DNA of 39,642 nucleotides from a virus (Duplodnaviria > Caudoviricetes), in IMG/VR virus record IMGVR_UViG_3300037445_000024, positions 1 through 39,642 of that record, one strand, 5' to 3'. Under the pieces are notes generated by a model that saw only the letters and a program-made list of their open reading frames with translations, ran no database searches and was not told the origin of the DNA. A program made the position numbers and the translations under genes. Shown one piece after another: positions 17,901-26,453 of the stretch (positions within the stretch are counted from its first letter, which is position 1; every line of letters starts with the position of its first letter).

Positions 17901-19318
17901 CGAACTCGGCGTTCAACATCACGACGGGCGTCAACATCACGCCAGGCGTCGATGGGGACAACGGCGAAGACGCGATGGACAACTTCACGGTATCTTCGTC
18001 GAACCCCTCCGGTTCGTCGGGTACCGGGGTTCCCGGCCAGACGTACACGGACTCCAAGACGGGTCTCCGCTTCTCGGTGCTCCCTGCTACGGATGGTTCC
18101 TACACGTCGGGTGGAACGTTCACGCTCCTCGTCAGCCAGACGTTCGACGTCTCGCCGACGATCCCGACCTACGCGGTCCCGGGTTGCGAGACGCTCGTCT
18201 ACAACACCGTCAACGTGGGTGTCAACGACACCGCTCAGTTGCAGACGTTCAACCCTGGCGGCCAGGAGCCCAAGAACGGGGACTTCTACTTCATCAGCTA
18301 CCGCTTCTTGAAGCAGGACTTCTCGACGCGCATCTTCCGCCAGTTCAAGACCATCGAGGCGAACTACGGTCCGGCGAGCCCGGAGAACCGTGTGACCCTC
18401 GCGGCGCTGCTCCAGATCCAGAACGGAGCGGTTCTCGTGGGCATCAAGCAGGTGCTCAAGGTCCCGAACACCAACCAGGCTTCGGTGCAGTCGTTCTTGA
18501 CGGCCATCGACGACCTCGCGACGCCGCTGCCCGGCAACATCAAGCCGGACATCATCGTCCCGCTCGCGACGGATACGAGCATCTACTCGTTCCTCACGCA
18601 GCACTGCGAGATCCAGTCGAACATCCGCAATCAGGGTGAGCGCATGGGCTTCTTCGGCTTCGCCTCCGGGACGACGCCTACGGTCGCCCAGGCGGTCGCG
18701 AAGTCGCTCAACAGCAACCGCATGATCGCCATCTACCCGGATTCGGCGGTCATCACCCTCCAGAACGAGCTGGGTCAGTCGTTCGAGAGTCCGGTTGATG
18801 GTTCGTTCCTCGCGGCTGCGGTCGCGGGTGCAATCGTCAGCCCGGCTGTTGACGTCGCAACGCCGTACACGCGTCGCTCCATCCAGGGCATCACGCGCCT
18901 CATCCGCATCCTCGACCCCGTGGAAGCGAACCAGACGGCGGTGGCGGGTATCACGTTGCTGGAAGACCTCCAGCCGCTCATCCGCATCCGTCAGGGTCTC
19001 ACGACCAACATGACGTCGATCCTGACGCGTCTCCCCACGGTGACGCAGATCAGCGACTTCGTCCAGCAGCAGTCGCGTGGTGTCCTCGATACGTTCGCGG
19101 GTACCAAGTTCCTGCTCTCCCGCACCAACGAGGTTGAGGTCTCCCTCACGAGCCTCTTCAAGTCCCTCGTTCAGCAGGAGATCGTGGCGGCCTTCACGGG
19201 TATCGCGGCCTCGGTTGATGCCTCGGACCCGACCATCATGGACGTGGAAGCGTTCTACCAGCCGATCTTCCCGCTCCTGTACCTGGTCTTGACCTTCAAC
19301 TTGCGCTCGCGAATCTAA
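14987..19318 (+). CDS. Contractile tail sheath protein with large inserted domains (1443 aa)
   Basis: N-terminal YVPPGVYTRT; C-terminal sheath domain (ERMGFFG, RIRQGLTT, FYQPIFPLLYLVLTF); SD GGGAG; followed by a terminator. Confidence 0.9.
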   Translation: MPLGPFSTYVPPGVYTRTLTEANVANLVAGLRLPVIIGVGQEELEQDDLEIVRGSSSNLDEQIVAEDISESWVVDETNPANPILGAQNGSLVKFKVKNIPIVDGQGFGRVSNDVRSVTVTVNGIPVAVGSVQGAKGYVILQVPTQPTDVVRCTYFFHRGDTAFSDDVSDQVTSTGAVLISPGFEPYAITTGSSDTFTFNVNGADKTVVFTNALAATAAQLKAQIDALVVPGLSTSVFVDNEGRSHLQLNSAVSLSIGSGNANGPLGWTPGTATSRNVTFRVFQRPIVDGSSGGVTTTDPSKVVVKVNGTQVLATAVDGKNGLVTLPTPPAAGSTVTVDYFANTWQDTFDYLPNTLVTSVIRAGISPGRSDYIQNQDFVVSNPSPDVSIVHWGTSFSVASSTRQNPASAAFDGTQIKPSLVDDKLYSALCTRVVDTSVVPSVVSTNQFTLPEVPTTGNGRDTPLGLPLFNSVTNGRFDLETFRPDLIVVHTGRNLLDALNRPAAKVVAVEGQKITLKDSVSPDHNAYATFWYNRIVDDTYVLTCKVAGGVGAGQYEVFSSVLNENLFQVRFGTKGSGLTETVNWPRGVEQIPDAFHVGVTGAVPVSEVVTVTFGSSPAENAVYTNKAAEPYSFFAGTSATWVTRLNGATSSFDVSTTLSGAGVGYLVGAHVPVIQSGPDTGKITVPVSPNNVLKLTIDTGSVTGATNAQTLDVDVALTAGNRTPTQICTDINTALSAALTAELGSTTVTLANFVQVGGLSTSDVIFYIKSFSTPASLPDGFDAVSYAAIRQGTAEGVLGFTAFQRADGTTGAICKPATLLASKTGPFVFTTGLNDTFKFRMNGIDYTVTIPNSATSVADVITAITSVISGVATNGTLGNLGHLRLTSTTNNESSSLLILDGNANSTLGFTENQLAVQTKVKAQEVCDKLNATSGWLSKAIAYPSTFAGEGTFITIESITTGAAGSSVGFTDSANSAFNITTGVNITPGVDGDNGEDAMDNFTVSSSNPSGSSGTGVPGQTYTDSKTGLRFSVLPATDGSYTSGGTFTLLVSQTFDVSPTIPTYAVPGCETLVYNTVNVGVNDTAQLQTFNPGGQEPKNGDFYFISYRFLKQDFSTRIFRQFKTIEANYGPASPENRVTLAALLQIQNGAVLVGIKQVLKVPNTNQASVQSFLTAIDDLATPLPGNIKPDIIVPLATDTSIYSFLTQHCEIQSNIRNQGERMGFFGFASGTTPTVAQAVAKSLNSNRMIAIYPDSAVITLQNELGQSFESPVDGSFLAAAVAGAIVSPAVDVATPYTRRSIQGITRLIRILDPVEANQTAVAGITLLEDLQPLIRIRQGLTTNMTSILTRLPTVTQISDFVQQQSRGVLDTFAGTKFLLSRTNEVEVSLTSLFKSLVQQEIVAAFTGIAASVDASDPTIMDVEAFYQPIFPLLYLVLTFNLRSRI

Positions 19319-19338
19319 CGGTTCCCAGCGCCTCGCTT

Positions 19339-19377
19339 AGACCCCCGAGTCGTTTCCGACTCGGGGGTCTTCTTTTT
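19339..19377 (+). terminator. Intrinsic terminator after the sheath gene
   Basis: Perfect 14-bp stem AGACCCCCGAGTCG-tttc-CGACTCGGGGGTCT followed by TCTTTTT. Confidence 0.9.
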
Positions 19378-19393
19378 GGTGTAGCGAATCCTG

Positions 19394-20095
19394 ATGGGAG
19401 ACATCACCGCAGAGGACGTCCTTGATGGCCTACGCCTTCGCTACTACGGGGGAGGTTGGGTGGTCCTACCTGGCGTCAGGGATGGGACCGGAACACAGGC
19501 CAATCGACGTGCGGATGCTATCGCGGTCAGCGTATGGCCCTCAACCGGCCTAGAGCTTCACGGCTTTGAGATCAAGGTCTCCAGAAGTGATTGGCTTCGC
19601 GAGATGAAGGACCCTTGGAAGGCTGAGGCGATTGCCAAGTATTGCGACAAGTGGTGGTTGGCCCTAGCGGAACCTGGGATCGTCAAACCGGAAGAACTGC
19701 CAAAGGGTTGGGGAGTGATGGCCCTCGACAAACGTCAGCACATGCAGGTCATCATCCAAGCGGAGAAGAAAGAGCCTGCGGCCGTATCTCGTGCCTTCTT
19801 GGCGTCACTCGTCTATGCGGCCCAAAAACCCAATGAGGACAAGCAGGAACAGATCGTTCATCGGGTCTACAACGTCCCGACTGTCGAAGACCTGAAGGGT
19901 TTGGAGAAGTTGAAGACCGAAAAAGACCGCGCGAGGGCGCTTCTGAGGTCTCAAAGGGAACTGAAGACTTGCCAGACGCGGCTCAGAAGTGCCCTTAGGG
20001 CCGTCGAGACGGCCATGTACCTGGACGAGTCGGAGATGCTTGAAATCCAGAGGGTCAAGAATCCAGAGGCCCCTGAAGATCCTCCGATAGACTAG
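19394..20095 (+). CDS. MmcB-like PD-(D/E)xK nuclease-fold protein (233 aa)
   Basis: RADAIAV...GFEIKVSRSDWLRE...ELPKGWG motifs; GGTGTA at 19378-19383. Confidence 0.75.
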   Translation: MGDITAEDVLDGLRLRYYGGGWVVLPGVRDGTGTQANRRADAIAVSVWPSTGLELHGFEIKVSRSDWLREMKDPWKAEAIAKYCDKWWLALAEPGIVKPEELPKGWGVMALDKRQHMQVIIQAEKKEPAAVSRAFLASLVYAAQKPNEDKQEQIVHRVYNVPTVEDLKGLEKLKTEKDRARALLRSQRELKTCQTRLRSALRAVETAMYLDESEMLEIQRVKNPEAPEDPPID

Positions 20096-20102
20096 TAGGA
20101 AC

Positions 20103-21428
20103 GTGACCTACTCGTACGATCGAACAGCCGGCAAGGTGGACTTTGGGCCTGCCGATGTTGAGAAGCTCCGAAAGGACGTGCTTCTCCTGATGAAGAACGT
20201 CGATCGCGCCGAAACGTTCGAAGATGCTCAGAAGTTCCGAGAAGCAGTTCACACGTGGACGGACTGGTACCAAAACCACATCTACGAAGAATTGATCCCC
20301 AACCTCCAATATGCGGTGCGCCGTTGGCTCACAGGATCCGAAGAGTGGTCTCGAAGCGACTACTTCCAACGCCAAGAGGACGAGTGGACGAAGCACTGGG
20401 ACAAAGAACTTCGAGGGCCAACGTGGGACCTCTATCTGGCACTCCGAGAGATGCCTCTCGAATCGACCCGCCTATTGGAGAAGTACCAGCATCTTCCTCC
20501 CGACGACGCCAAGGAAGTCCTCCTTGAGAAGTGGCGCACCGCGAAGAAGAAGTGGTCCGAGAAGGTAAAGAGAAATGCCCGTGGTGCATGGAATGCACTG
20601 ACGGAGTTTCTTGACTGGCTGAAGAGCCGCAATGATGCCGTTCTTCAGCGCAACGTCAAAGAGGTCGTTCAGCAGAGGCTCGAAGGGTTTGCAGTCCGCA
20701 TCATCGGATATGAGCCCGACGATTGGAGCCAGCAATCTCTCTCGAAGTTCGAGGAGGGCCTCAAGGTCTATCGCCAGCGTGCCTCTCAGGTGATGCCGTT
20801 GTTGCTCAAAGGGCAACTCCCAATCGAGTTCCACCTACACTGCAAGATGGACGAGGGTGGAGTCTACCTTCGGGACCACATCAAAGTTTGCGCCACCCTG
20901 AGCGACCCCAAGAGGTATGCCCATACGATCGCCCACGAGATGGGTCACCACATTTGGAGGACTTACGTCTCGAAAGAGATGGCTGACTTCTGGGATGCCG
21001 CCGTCAAAGGGGACTACAAGTCCCTGGACCTCAACGATGTCTTGAGGGTCTGGCATTCCGGAGAGACCCTCTATGACCTAGAGAGCAGGCTGCAACACAG
21101 TGACCCTGTCTTGTGGCTTCAGTTGCAGACGCTCACCGATGGATACGATTCGAATCAATACAAGTGGTACCACCGAGAAGATGTAGAGCGTTACATCACC
21201 GAACGCGGGCCGCACATCACCGTGCCGGCGCACCCCATCACGTCCTACGCCAACAAGAACAGAGAGGAAGCCTTCTGCGAGGTCATCGGCCTCTTGGTCG
21301 GCTACGGCCCTCGGGCCGTTGACCCACTCGTTAGGTCGTGGCTGGACATCATCCTACCTGGACAGTATAAGGGAGGATCCGTCGAAGAACGCGTATCGGC
21401 GGCTTGGAAGGTGTATAGAGGAGCATGA
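20103..21428 (+). CDS. Zinc metallopeptidase-like protein, HExxH (441 aa)
   Basis: TIAHEMGHHIW plus distal SYANKNREEAFCE (Y...E.F.E third-ligand pattern of lethal-factor-like zincins). Confidence 0.75.
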   Translation: MTYSYDRTAGKVDFGPADVEKLRKDVLLLMKNVDRAETFEDAQKFREAVHTWTDWYQNHIYEELIPNLQYAVRRWLTGSEEWSRSDYFQRQEDEWTKHWDKELRGPTWDLYLALREMPLESTRLLEKYQHLPPDDAKEVLLEKWRTAKKKWSEKVKRNARGAWNALTEFLDWLKSRNDAVLQRNVKEVVQQRLEGFAVRIIGYEPDDWSQQSLSKFEEGLKVYRQRASQVMPLLLKGQLPIEFHLHCKMDEGGVYLRDHIKVCATLSDPKRYAHTIAHEMGHHIWRTYVSKEMADFWDAAVKGDYKSLDLNDVLRVWHSGETLYDLESRLQHSDPVLWLQLQTLTDGYDSNQYKWYHREDVERYITERGPHITVPAHPITSYANKNREEAFCEVIGLLVGYGPRAVDPLVRSWLDIILPGQYKGGSVEERVSAAWKVYRGA

Positions 21429-21703
21429 AGGTTCTGGAGAGGGGTCGCCCGCAGAAGGGCTGGTCCACCGAGATCAAGTGCACCGGAAGTGGAAACGGCG
21501 GTGGGGGTTGCGGAGCAAAGTTGCTCGTCGAGCAGGTTGACCTCTACAAGACGTACCGAAATTGTCGAGACGAATCGGACACTTTCGTGACCTTCACGTG
21601 TTGCGAATGCGGCGTCGAAACGGACCTGCCGTCCGAGACCTTCCCCTTGAACCTGATGGACAAGATCCCCGACAAGGCCAAGGCCGATCGCGTGGATCGA
21701 TAG
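21425..21703 (+). CDS. Small zinc-binding protein (92 aa)
   Basis: CTGSGNGGGGCGAKL...CCECG Cys pairs; GGTGTA at 21410-21415. Confidence 0.75.
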   Translation: MKVLERGRPQKGWSTEIKCTGSGNGGGGCGAKLLVEQVDLYKTYRNCRDESDTFVTFTCCECGVETDLPSETFPLNLMDKIPDKAKADRVDR

Positions 21704-21725
21704 TCTTTCGGTGTATCCGCATTCT

Positions 21726-21872
21726 ATGAACCGCACCCTCGGGTTTGGGTTCTCCTACGGTCGAGCCGCACCTTCTTGGTTTGGGCGAGTCCGCGGACGT
21801 ACAGCGCAATCGCCAGGATTTGGGAGGCACCGTCCAGTCTCCGCGCCCTGTCGGCAACTCGCAACGACGTAG
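21726..21872 (+). CDS. Candidate leader peptide/uORF (48 aa) upstream of the VWA gene
   Basis: GGTGTA at 21710-21715 lies 10 nt before ATG 21726; the TAG at 21870-21872 overlaps the AGGAG SD of the next gene. Confidence 0.35.
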   Translation: MNRTLGFGFSYGRAAPSWFGRVRGRTAQSPGFGRHRPVSAPCRQLATT

Positions 21873-21882
21873 GAGCACTACA

Positions 21883-23586
21883 ATGAAGCTCACTTCTCAG
21901 TTCACGTACGATCAGATCCGTTTTGACAACGCCAACGACGAGCATCTCGTCATCAGCCTGACGGCGCCCACCGTCGAATCCTCCCAGCGCCCTCCTCTCT
22001 GCATCGTCCTCGTCGCCGACAATTCCGGCTCGATGACGGGAGAGAAGCTCCACTACGCAAAGGTCTCGATGGGCAAGCTCGTCGATCACCTCGCGCCGGG
22101 AGACTACTGTGGTCTCGTCGTTTTCTCGACGGATGCCCGCGTCGAATACAAGGCGCAGCGGATGACGACCGACAACAAGTCCACCCTCAAGGACAAGATC
22201 AACCGTATCGGCGTCGAGGGCGGCACCAACTTCGCGGCCGGGATGATGCTCGGCTGCGAGATGGCCAACAATCTGGACATGCCGGCGAGCACGATCGTGC
22301 GCGTCATCATGTTCAGCGATGGTCAACCGGAGCGTGGAATTGCCCGAACGGCACCCGAACTCCAGAAGCTCCTTACGCAGAAGCGTGAGAGGGCTTCGGT
22401 GTCGATGTTCGGCTTCGGCTCCGACGCAGACCACAATCTTCTTGGCGTGCTCGCCACGGAGGGGCAGGGGAACTACGCACACGTTCCGAACCCGGATTCG
22501 GCCCTCGCGGCCTTCGGGAAGGAGCTTGGCGGTCTTCTGTCGTCCTACGCGGATGGCATCGTGCTGACTGTGACGCCGAACGGTGGACACACCATCAAGG
22601 AGGTCATCTCGGACCTCGACGTCGAGGAAGAGATCGACGGAGAGATCCAGATCAAGGTCCCCTCGATGCTCGCCGAAGAGACGCAGCACATCGTGCTCGC
22701 CCTCACAATGGCGGCTCAGAAGGCACCTGGCCCTCGCGCGGTCAACGCCGTGGCGATCAAGCTCGCGTACTCCGTCTTGGAGAACGGGAACACGGTCCGC
22801 AAGACCGACGAAACCAAGGCGAAGGTCCAGTTCGTCAAGGCCGGTGAGGAGCAGAAGAAGCCCAACAAGGTCGTCGACGAGATCGTGGCACGTGCCCAGC
22901 TCGCGAAGGCTCAGCTCAAGGCCGAAGAAGCCGTCCAGCAGGGCAACTACGCTCAGGCGCAGCAGGCATTCGGGGTTGTCTCGAACAGCCTCGCCGATCG
23001 CGGTCACGATCACCTCGGGATCACGGCGTCGTATCTGTGCGACATGTACGACGACGGCGCGAAGTACGCCGCCTCCTCGGCAAGTCGGAACGTCATGCGG
23101 ACGGCCATGACGCGGGGCGGCCTTCGTGTGTCGAGTCTCTCCGACCAGGATGAAGCCGTGCTTCGTTCGACGGGCATCAGCCTCTCGAACGGATCGCAGG
23201 CAACAACCTCCGGGTCTTTCACGGGTGGCGGAACGGTCGTTCCGGCTCCGGCCCCTGTTCCGGTGACGCCTGATCCGGCACCGGTTCCCGTGGACCTCAG
23301 TGGTCTCGGGGGGACGGTACTTCCCGGTATGAGCAGCGGGAGCGTGGTTCCGAACATCGGTCACACCGGCACTCCGATCTGGACGACGGGGGTCTCTTCC
23401 GGGTCACGCCCGATGTTGACCCCTCAGCCGATCTTGGTCCCTCAGATCACTCCGGTGGCGCCCTCCGTGATGGCTTCCGATGTCGACAACGCCATCGAGA
23501 ATCTCAAGAAGAAGGCTTCGGAGAAAAAGACGAAGAAGCCTGCCGTCAAGAAGACGCTCTCGAAGTCGCGCATCTCGAAGTGGTGA
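21883..23586 (+). CDS. von Willebrand factor A (VWA) domain protein with a low-complexity C-terminus (567 aa)
   Basis: MIDAS DNSGSM, GGTNF, FSDGQP; SD AGGAG at 21871-21875 supports ATG 21883 over 21745. Confidence 0.88.
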   Translation: MKLTSQFTYDQIRFDNANDEHLVISLTAPTVESSQRPPLCIVLVADNSGSMTGEKLHYAKVSMGKLVDHLAPGDYCGLVVFSTDARVEYKAQRMTTDNKSTLKDKINRIGVEGGTNFAAGMMLGCEMANNLDMPASTIVRVIMFSDGQPERGIARTAPELQKLLTQKRERASVSMFGFGSDADHNLLGVLATEGQGNYAHVPNPDSALAAFGKELGGLLSSYADGIVLTVTPNGGHTIKEVISDLDVEEEIDGEIQIKVPSMLAEETQHIVLALTMAAQKAPGPRAVNAVAIKLAYSVLENGNTVRKTDETKAKVQFVKAGEEQKKPNKVVDEIVARAQLAKAQLKAEEAVQQGNYAQAQQAFGVVSNSLADRGHDHLGITASYLCDMYDDGAKYAASSASRNVMRTAMTRGGLRVSSLSDQDEAVLRSTGISLSNGSQATTSGSFTGGGTVVPAPAPVPVTPDPAPVPVDLSGLGGTVLPGMSSGSVVPNIGHTGTPIWTTGVSSGSRPMLTPQPILVPQITPVAPSVMASDVDNAIENLKKKASEKKTKKPAVKKTLSKSRISKW

Positions 23587-23600
23587 TCTGAACGCCGGGA

Positions 23601-23638
23601 CAGGGCCGCTACTCTTGGTGGCGGCCCTGCTTCTTTTT
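23601..23638 (+). terminator. Intrinsic terminator after the VWA gene
   Basis: CAGGGCCGCTAC / GTGGCGGCCCTG stem followed by CTTCTTTTT. Confidence 0.8.
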
Positions 23639-24217
23639 GAGGCTCTCGGCTTCGGTTCGAGCTGCATTGAAGGCTTGATCGAGCTTTCCACCCCTCAGAA
23701 AGATGAACTCGATGCCGTTGCGAGGTTGAGCCCTCCATTCGAGGAACATGACCTCCAGCACTTCGTCGAGGTTCTCCAAGAGCGCGGCTGTGACTCTTCG
23801 AGTCAGGAATTCCCGATAGGCCAGATCCTCATCAATCGGGGGAGGGCTTTGACGTTCCGGATCCCTCTTCTCTTCTGGAGTGATCTCTTTCCAGAATCGT
23901 TCGAATTCGTGCGGTTTGTCATCCGGGACCGGTTGATTCTGTTTGACGACCCATCGAAACTCAAGCCCCTGCGACTTCGCCCAAAGCTGGGCCAACTGGA
24001 TCGATCTGTCGGGAGGATCTCGCTGAAGAACCTTACCGTCGTCCATGCAGTGGAGCTGTTTGACGAGCTTCCAAATGAGTTCGCCCCTCTTGGTGAACGA
24101 TGCCTCATAGACTTTGGTGGCCCACACCGTTCCATTGGCCGGTCGGCCATCGCAGAACTTGGCGAGCCTCCCTGTAGCGCGACCGCATGTCACCACTTGA
24201 GTGCCTGCACTAGGCAT
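23609..24217 (-). CDS. Hypothetical protein (202 aa)
   Basis: In-frame ATG at 24217 (MPSAGTQVV...) lies 8 nt after a minus-strand GGTGTA; converges on the terminator at 23601-23638. Confidence 0.6.
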   Translation of the reverse strand: MPSAGTQVVTCGRATGRLAKFCDGRPANGTVWATKVYEASFTKRGELIWKLVKQLHCMDDGKVLQRDPPDRSIQLAQLWAKSQGLEFRWVVKQNQPVPDDKPHEFERFWKEITPEEKRDPERQSPPPIDEDLAYREFLTRRVTAALLENLDEVLEVMFLEWRAQPRNGIEFIFLRGGKLDQAFNAARTEAESLKKKQGRHQE

Positions 24218-24225
24218 ACCAACGA

Positions 24226-24237
24226 TACACCGGTGTA
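24226..24237. promoter_or_regulatory. Palindrome TACACCGGTGTA = back-to-back GGTGTA motifs between divergent genes
   Basis: ATG 24248(+) is 10 nt downstream on the + strand and ATG 24217(-) is 8 nt downstream on the - strand. Confidence 0.7.
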
Positions 24238-24247
24238 GCGACGAGAG

Positions 24248-25120
24248 ATGGCACACGCCGCAATCGTCCACATCCCCGGAACAACGGAGGAAGCTCTCCA
24301 ACAGACCTTCTCGATGCTCCTACCTGGATCTCACGTGGTCATATGGTCCACCGAGGCGGGGTGGGTGGATGCATCGTTGATGGCACGTCGAGTAGGGCTG
24401 CACTTCCGAGACACCTTGGCGGTGTTGACCGTCGAGGGTTGGCACCCTTTGATGCTCTTTCGGAAACCCTTACAGGAGAAGACCATCGTCAAGCAAGTTC
24501 TTTCGACGGGTACCGGCGCCATCAACATCGACGCCACACGAGTCAAGCATGCCAGCAAGGCGGACTTCGAGCGACACAAGGCGGGTGTAGATGCCCTCAA
24601 GGCCAAGGGTGGCTCGCTAGGGAACTCCTGGAAGAACAGCTCAGACCTATCGGGCGCCAACGATGTCACCCTAGCGGGAAGATTCCCGGCCAACCTGGTG
24701 CTCCTTCATGCACCCGGTTGTCGACAAGTGGGTACCCGAAAGGTTGATGCCCCGACGATCAATCGGTTCGAAGACGGCATGAAGCCCTTCGGCCACGGAG
24801 CCGGCCATTCGTACAAGAGCATCAAGACCGGTGATGAAAACGGTCAGGAAGAGATCCCCGTCTGTGAGTGTGATGAGGGTTGCCCAATCTTGGAGCTAGA
24901 CCAGCAAAGCGGGCAAGTCGGATGCGCCCACTCCAGCCCGAAGCCGTCGAAGACCACATCTCGAAACGGGGTCACCAACTTTGGGGCCCGGCAAGGAGCC
25001 CTCTACTCTGATGATGGGGGCGCTGCTCGATTCTTCCGTCAGTTCTTCACGGTCGATGAGGTTGTGGGCTACATGACGACAATGATCCTACCGCCCGATG
25101 GGGAGTTGGTTGTCCTATGA
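24248..25120 (+). CDS. Methyltransferase-related protein lacking catalytic motifs (insert/TRD-like region of phage N4/N6 MTases) (290 aa)
   Basis: LFRKPL...GTGAINIDATRV...GRFPANL...GGAARFF, normally internal to phage beta-class MTases; no DPPY or SAM-binding motif. Confidence 0.65.
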   Translation: MAHAAIVHIPGTTEEALQQTFSMLLPGSHVVIWSTEAGWVDASLMARRVGLHFRDTLAVLTVEGWHPLMLFRKPLQEKTIVKQVLSTGTGAINIDATRVKHASKADFERHKAGVDALKAKGGSLGNSWKNSSDLSGANDVTLAGRFPANLVLLHAPGCRQVGTRKVDAPTINRFEDGMKPFGHGAGHSYKSIKTGDENGQEEIPVCECDEGCPILELDQQSGQVGCAHSSPKPSKTTSRNGVTNFGARQGALYSDDGGAARFFRQFFTVDEVVGYMTTMILPPDGELVVL

Positions 25121-26121
25121 AGTTCCTCAATGACGTTCTTCTGGGTGCCTGCGAGGACGTTCTTCTTCAGGTGCCAAACGATTTCGTAGACGCCATTGTG
25201 ACAGACCCGCCCTACGCGATGGGGACGAAGGTTCCCTCGTGGGAAGACATCCAGAAGTACCTCGCGGGCGGGTCGTTGGACACCGGTGGGGACTTCATGG
25301 GGAAGGATTGGGAACTCCCCACGTTGGCGGCGTTGCGGCAGATGTATCGAGTCCTGAAGCCGGGCCGGTTCTGCTTGGCTTTTTCGAGCACGCGAACGAT
25401 GGACGTCATGGCGGCCGGATTTCGCGCCGCTGGATTCCACTACTGGGGTACTCGCCGATGGGTGCACGGACAGGGTTTCCCGAAGAGCATGAACGTATCG
25501 AAGGAGATCGACAACAGCAAGGGCGCCGAGCGAGAGGTCATCGGCATCAAGCCAGGGCACGAAGACTTCGTTGGGCGCTCCACGAAAGGACACATTGATT
25601 TCTCGACGAATTCGTCCCTGACGGGATTCGATCGACCGTGGATGCATGATGATGCCGCGAGGGCCAAGTATCATCTAGAGACGGCCCCCGCAACCGATGA
25701 AGCAAAGAAGTGGAGCGGGTGGGGTACGGCCCTCAAACCTTCATGGGAACCAATCCTCGTCCTCAGTAAGGGAGAGCCTCAGGAGCCCCTACCGGGCCCG
25801 ATGTTCTTCTACAGCGCCAAGGCCAACATCTCGGAATCAACCCTCGAAGGTGAAATCGAGAATGACCACCCCACCAAGAAGCCACTGGGTCTCATGCAGA
25901 GCCTCGTCAAACTGGTAGCCCCGCAGAAGGGCATCATTCTTGATCCCTATGTGGGCTCAGGAACGACGGCCGAAGCATGCATCCGTGAGAGGGTGCAGTT
26001 CGTGGCCATCGAGAAGGACCCGAAGTACAGGGAGATCGCAAAAAAGAGGACCGATCTCGTCGATGGGGATGCCGGAGCGGTGGGAAGAGGGATGGACCTC
26101 TTCGACGAACTGTTTGGTTGA
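25117..26121 (+). CDS. DNA N6-adenine/N4-cytosine methyltransferase, beta class (334 aa)
   Basis: VTDPPY motif IV near the N-terminus, HPTKKP, ILDPYVGSGTT motif I near the C-terminus; ATGA overlap with the upstream gene. Confidence 0.9.
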   Translation: MKFLNDVLLGACEDVLLQVPNDFVDAIVTDPPYAMGTKVPSWEDIQKYLAGGSLDTGGDFMGKDWELPTLAALRQMYRVLKPGRFCLAFSSTRTMDVMAAGFRAAGFHYWGTRRWVHGQGFPKSMNVSKEIDNSKGAEREVIGIKPGHEDFVGRSTKGHIDFSTNSSLTGFDRPWMHDDAARAKYHLETAPATDEAKKWSGWGTALKPSWEPILVLSKGEPQEPLPGPMFFYSAKANISESTLEGEIENDHPTKKPLGLMQSLVKLVAPQKGIILDPYVGSGTTAEACIRERVQFVAIEKDPKYREIAKKRTDLVDGDAGAVGRGMDLFDELFG

Positions 26122-26146
26122 TCCCCTGATGGCCCCCGCGTAGGGG
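26114..26146 (+). promoter_or_regulatory. Candidate promoter TTGGTTGATCC-N12-CGCGTAGGG, copy 1
   Basis: Same elements and spacing as 27318-27350; TTGATC lies 17 nt before TAGGGG; ATG at 26153. Confidence 0.65.
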
Positions 26147-26152
26147 GAGCAC

Positions 26153-26437
26153 ATGGAGATGCACCGCGACCCCATGACGTACGTCGGAGGGCTTCAGATC
26201 ACATGGGACCAGAAGGGTCCTGGGCTGAACGTGTCCTTCGTCAGCGGACTTTGGGAGGGAGAGAAGCGAGCGGCCGTCTTTGCGGTTGCAGCCAAGGTGC
26301 AGCAGGATGTGTCGCGTGACGAGTGGGTTGTCGGCGTCGATGGCTACCGGGTCACCCTGGAGGGCGACTGGACGTACGAGGCCGACGAGCAGAGGGTCCT
26401 GAACACACTCTCGAAGGTCGTCGACGACCTCGTCTAG
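26153..26437 (+). CDS. Hypothetical protein (94 aa)
   Basis: ORF fills the gap and is preceded by the promoter-like motif. Confidence 0.7.
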   Translation: MEMHRDPMTYVGGLQITWDQKGPGLNVSFVSGLWEGEKRAAVFAVAAKVQQDVSRDEWVVGVDGYRVTLEGDWTYEADEQRVLNTLSKVVDDLV

Positions 26438-26453
26438 GGGTGTAGTGACGGGT

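Noticed and set aside
15005-18987. Many long alternative-frame and antisense ORFs inside the sheath gene (similar ones in the VWA and tape measure genes, e.g. 21724..23364 and 36727..38103)
   Set aside because: Expected from strong GC3 bias; the translations are Arg-rich and have no recognisable motifs.
23480-24238. 252-aa plus-strand ORF
   Set aside because: It overlaps the VWA end, runs through a terminator and lacks start signals; the minus-strand ORF has the GGTGTA motif and better composition.
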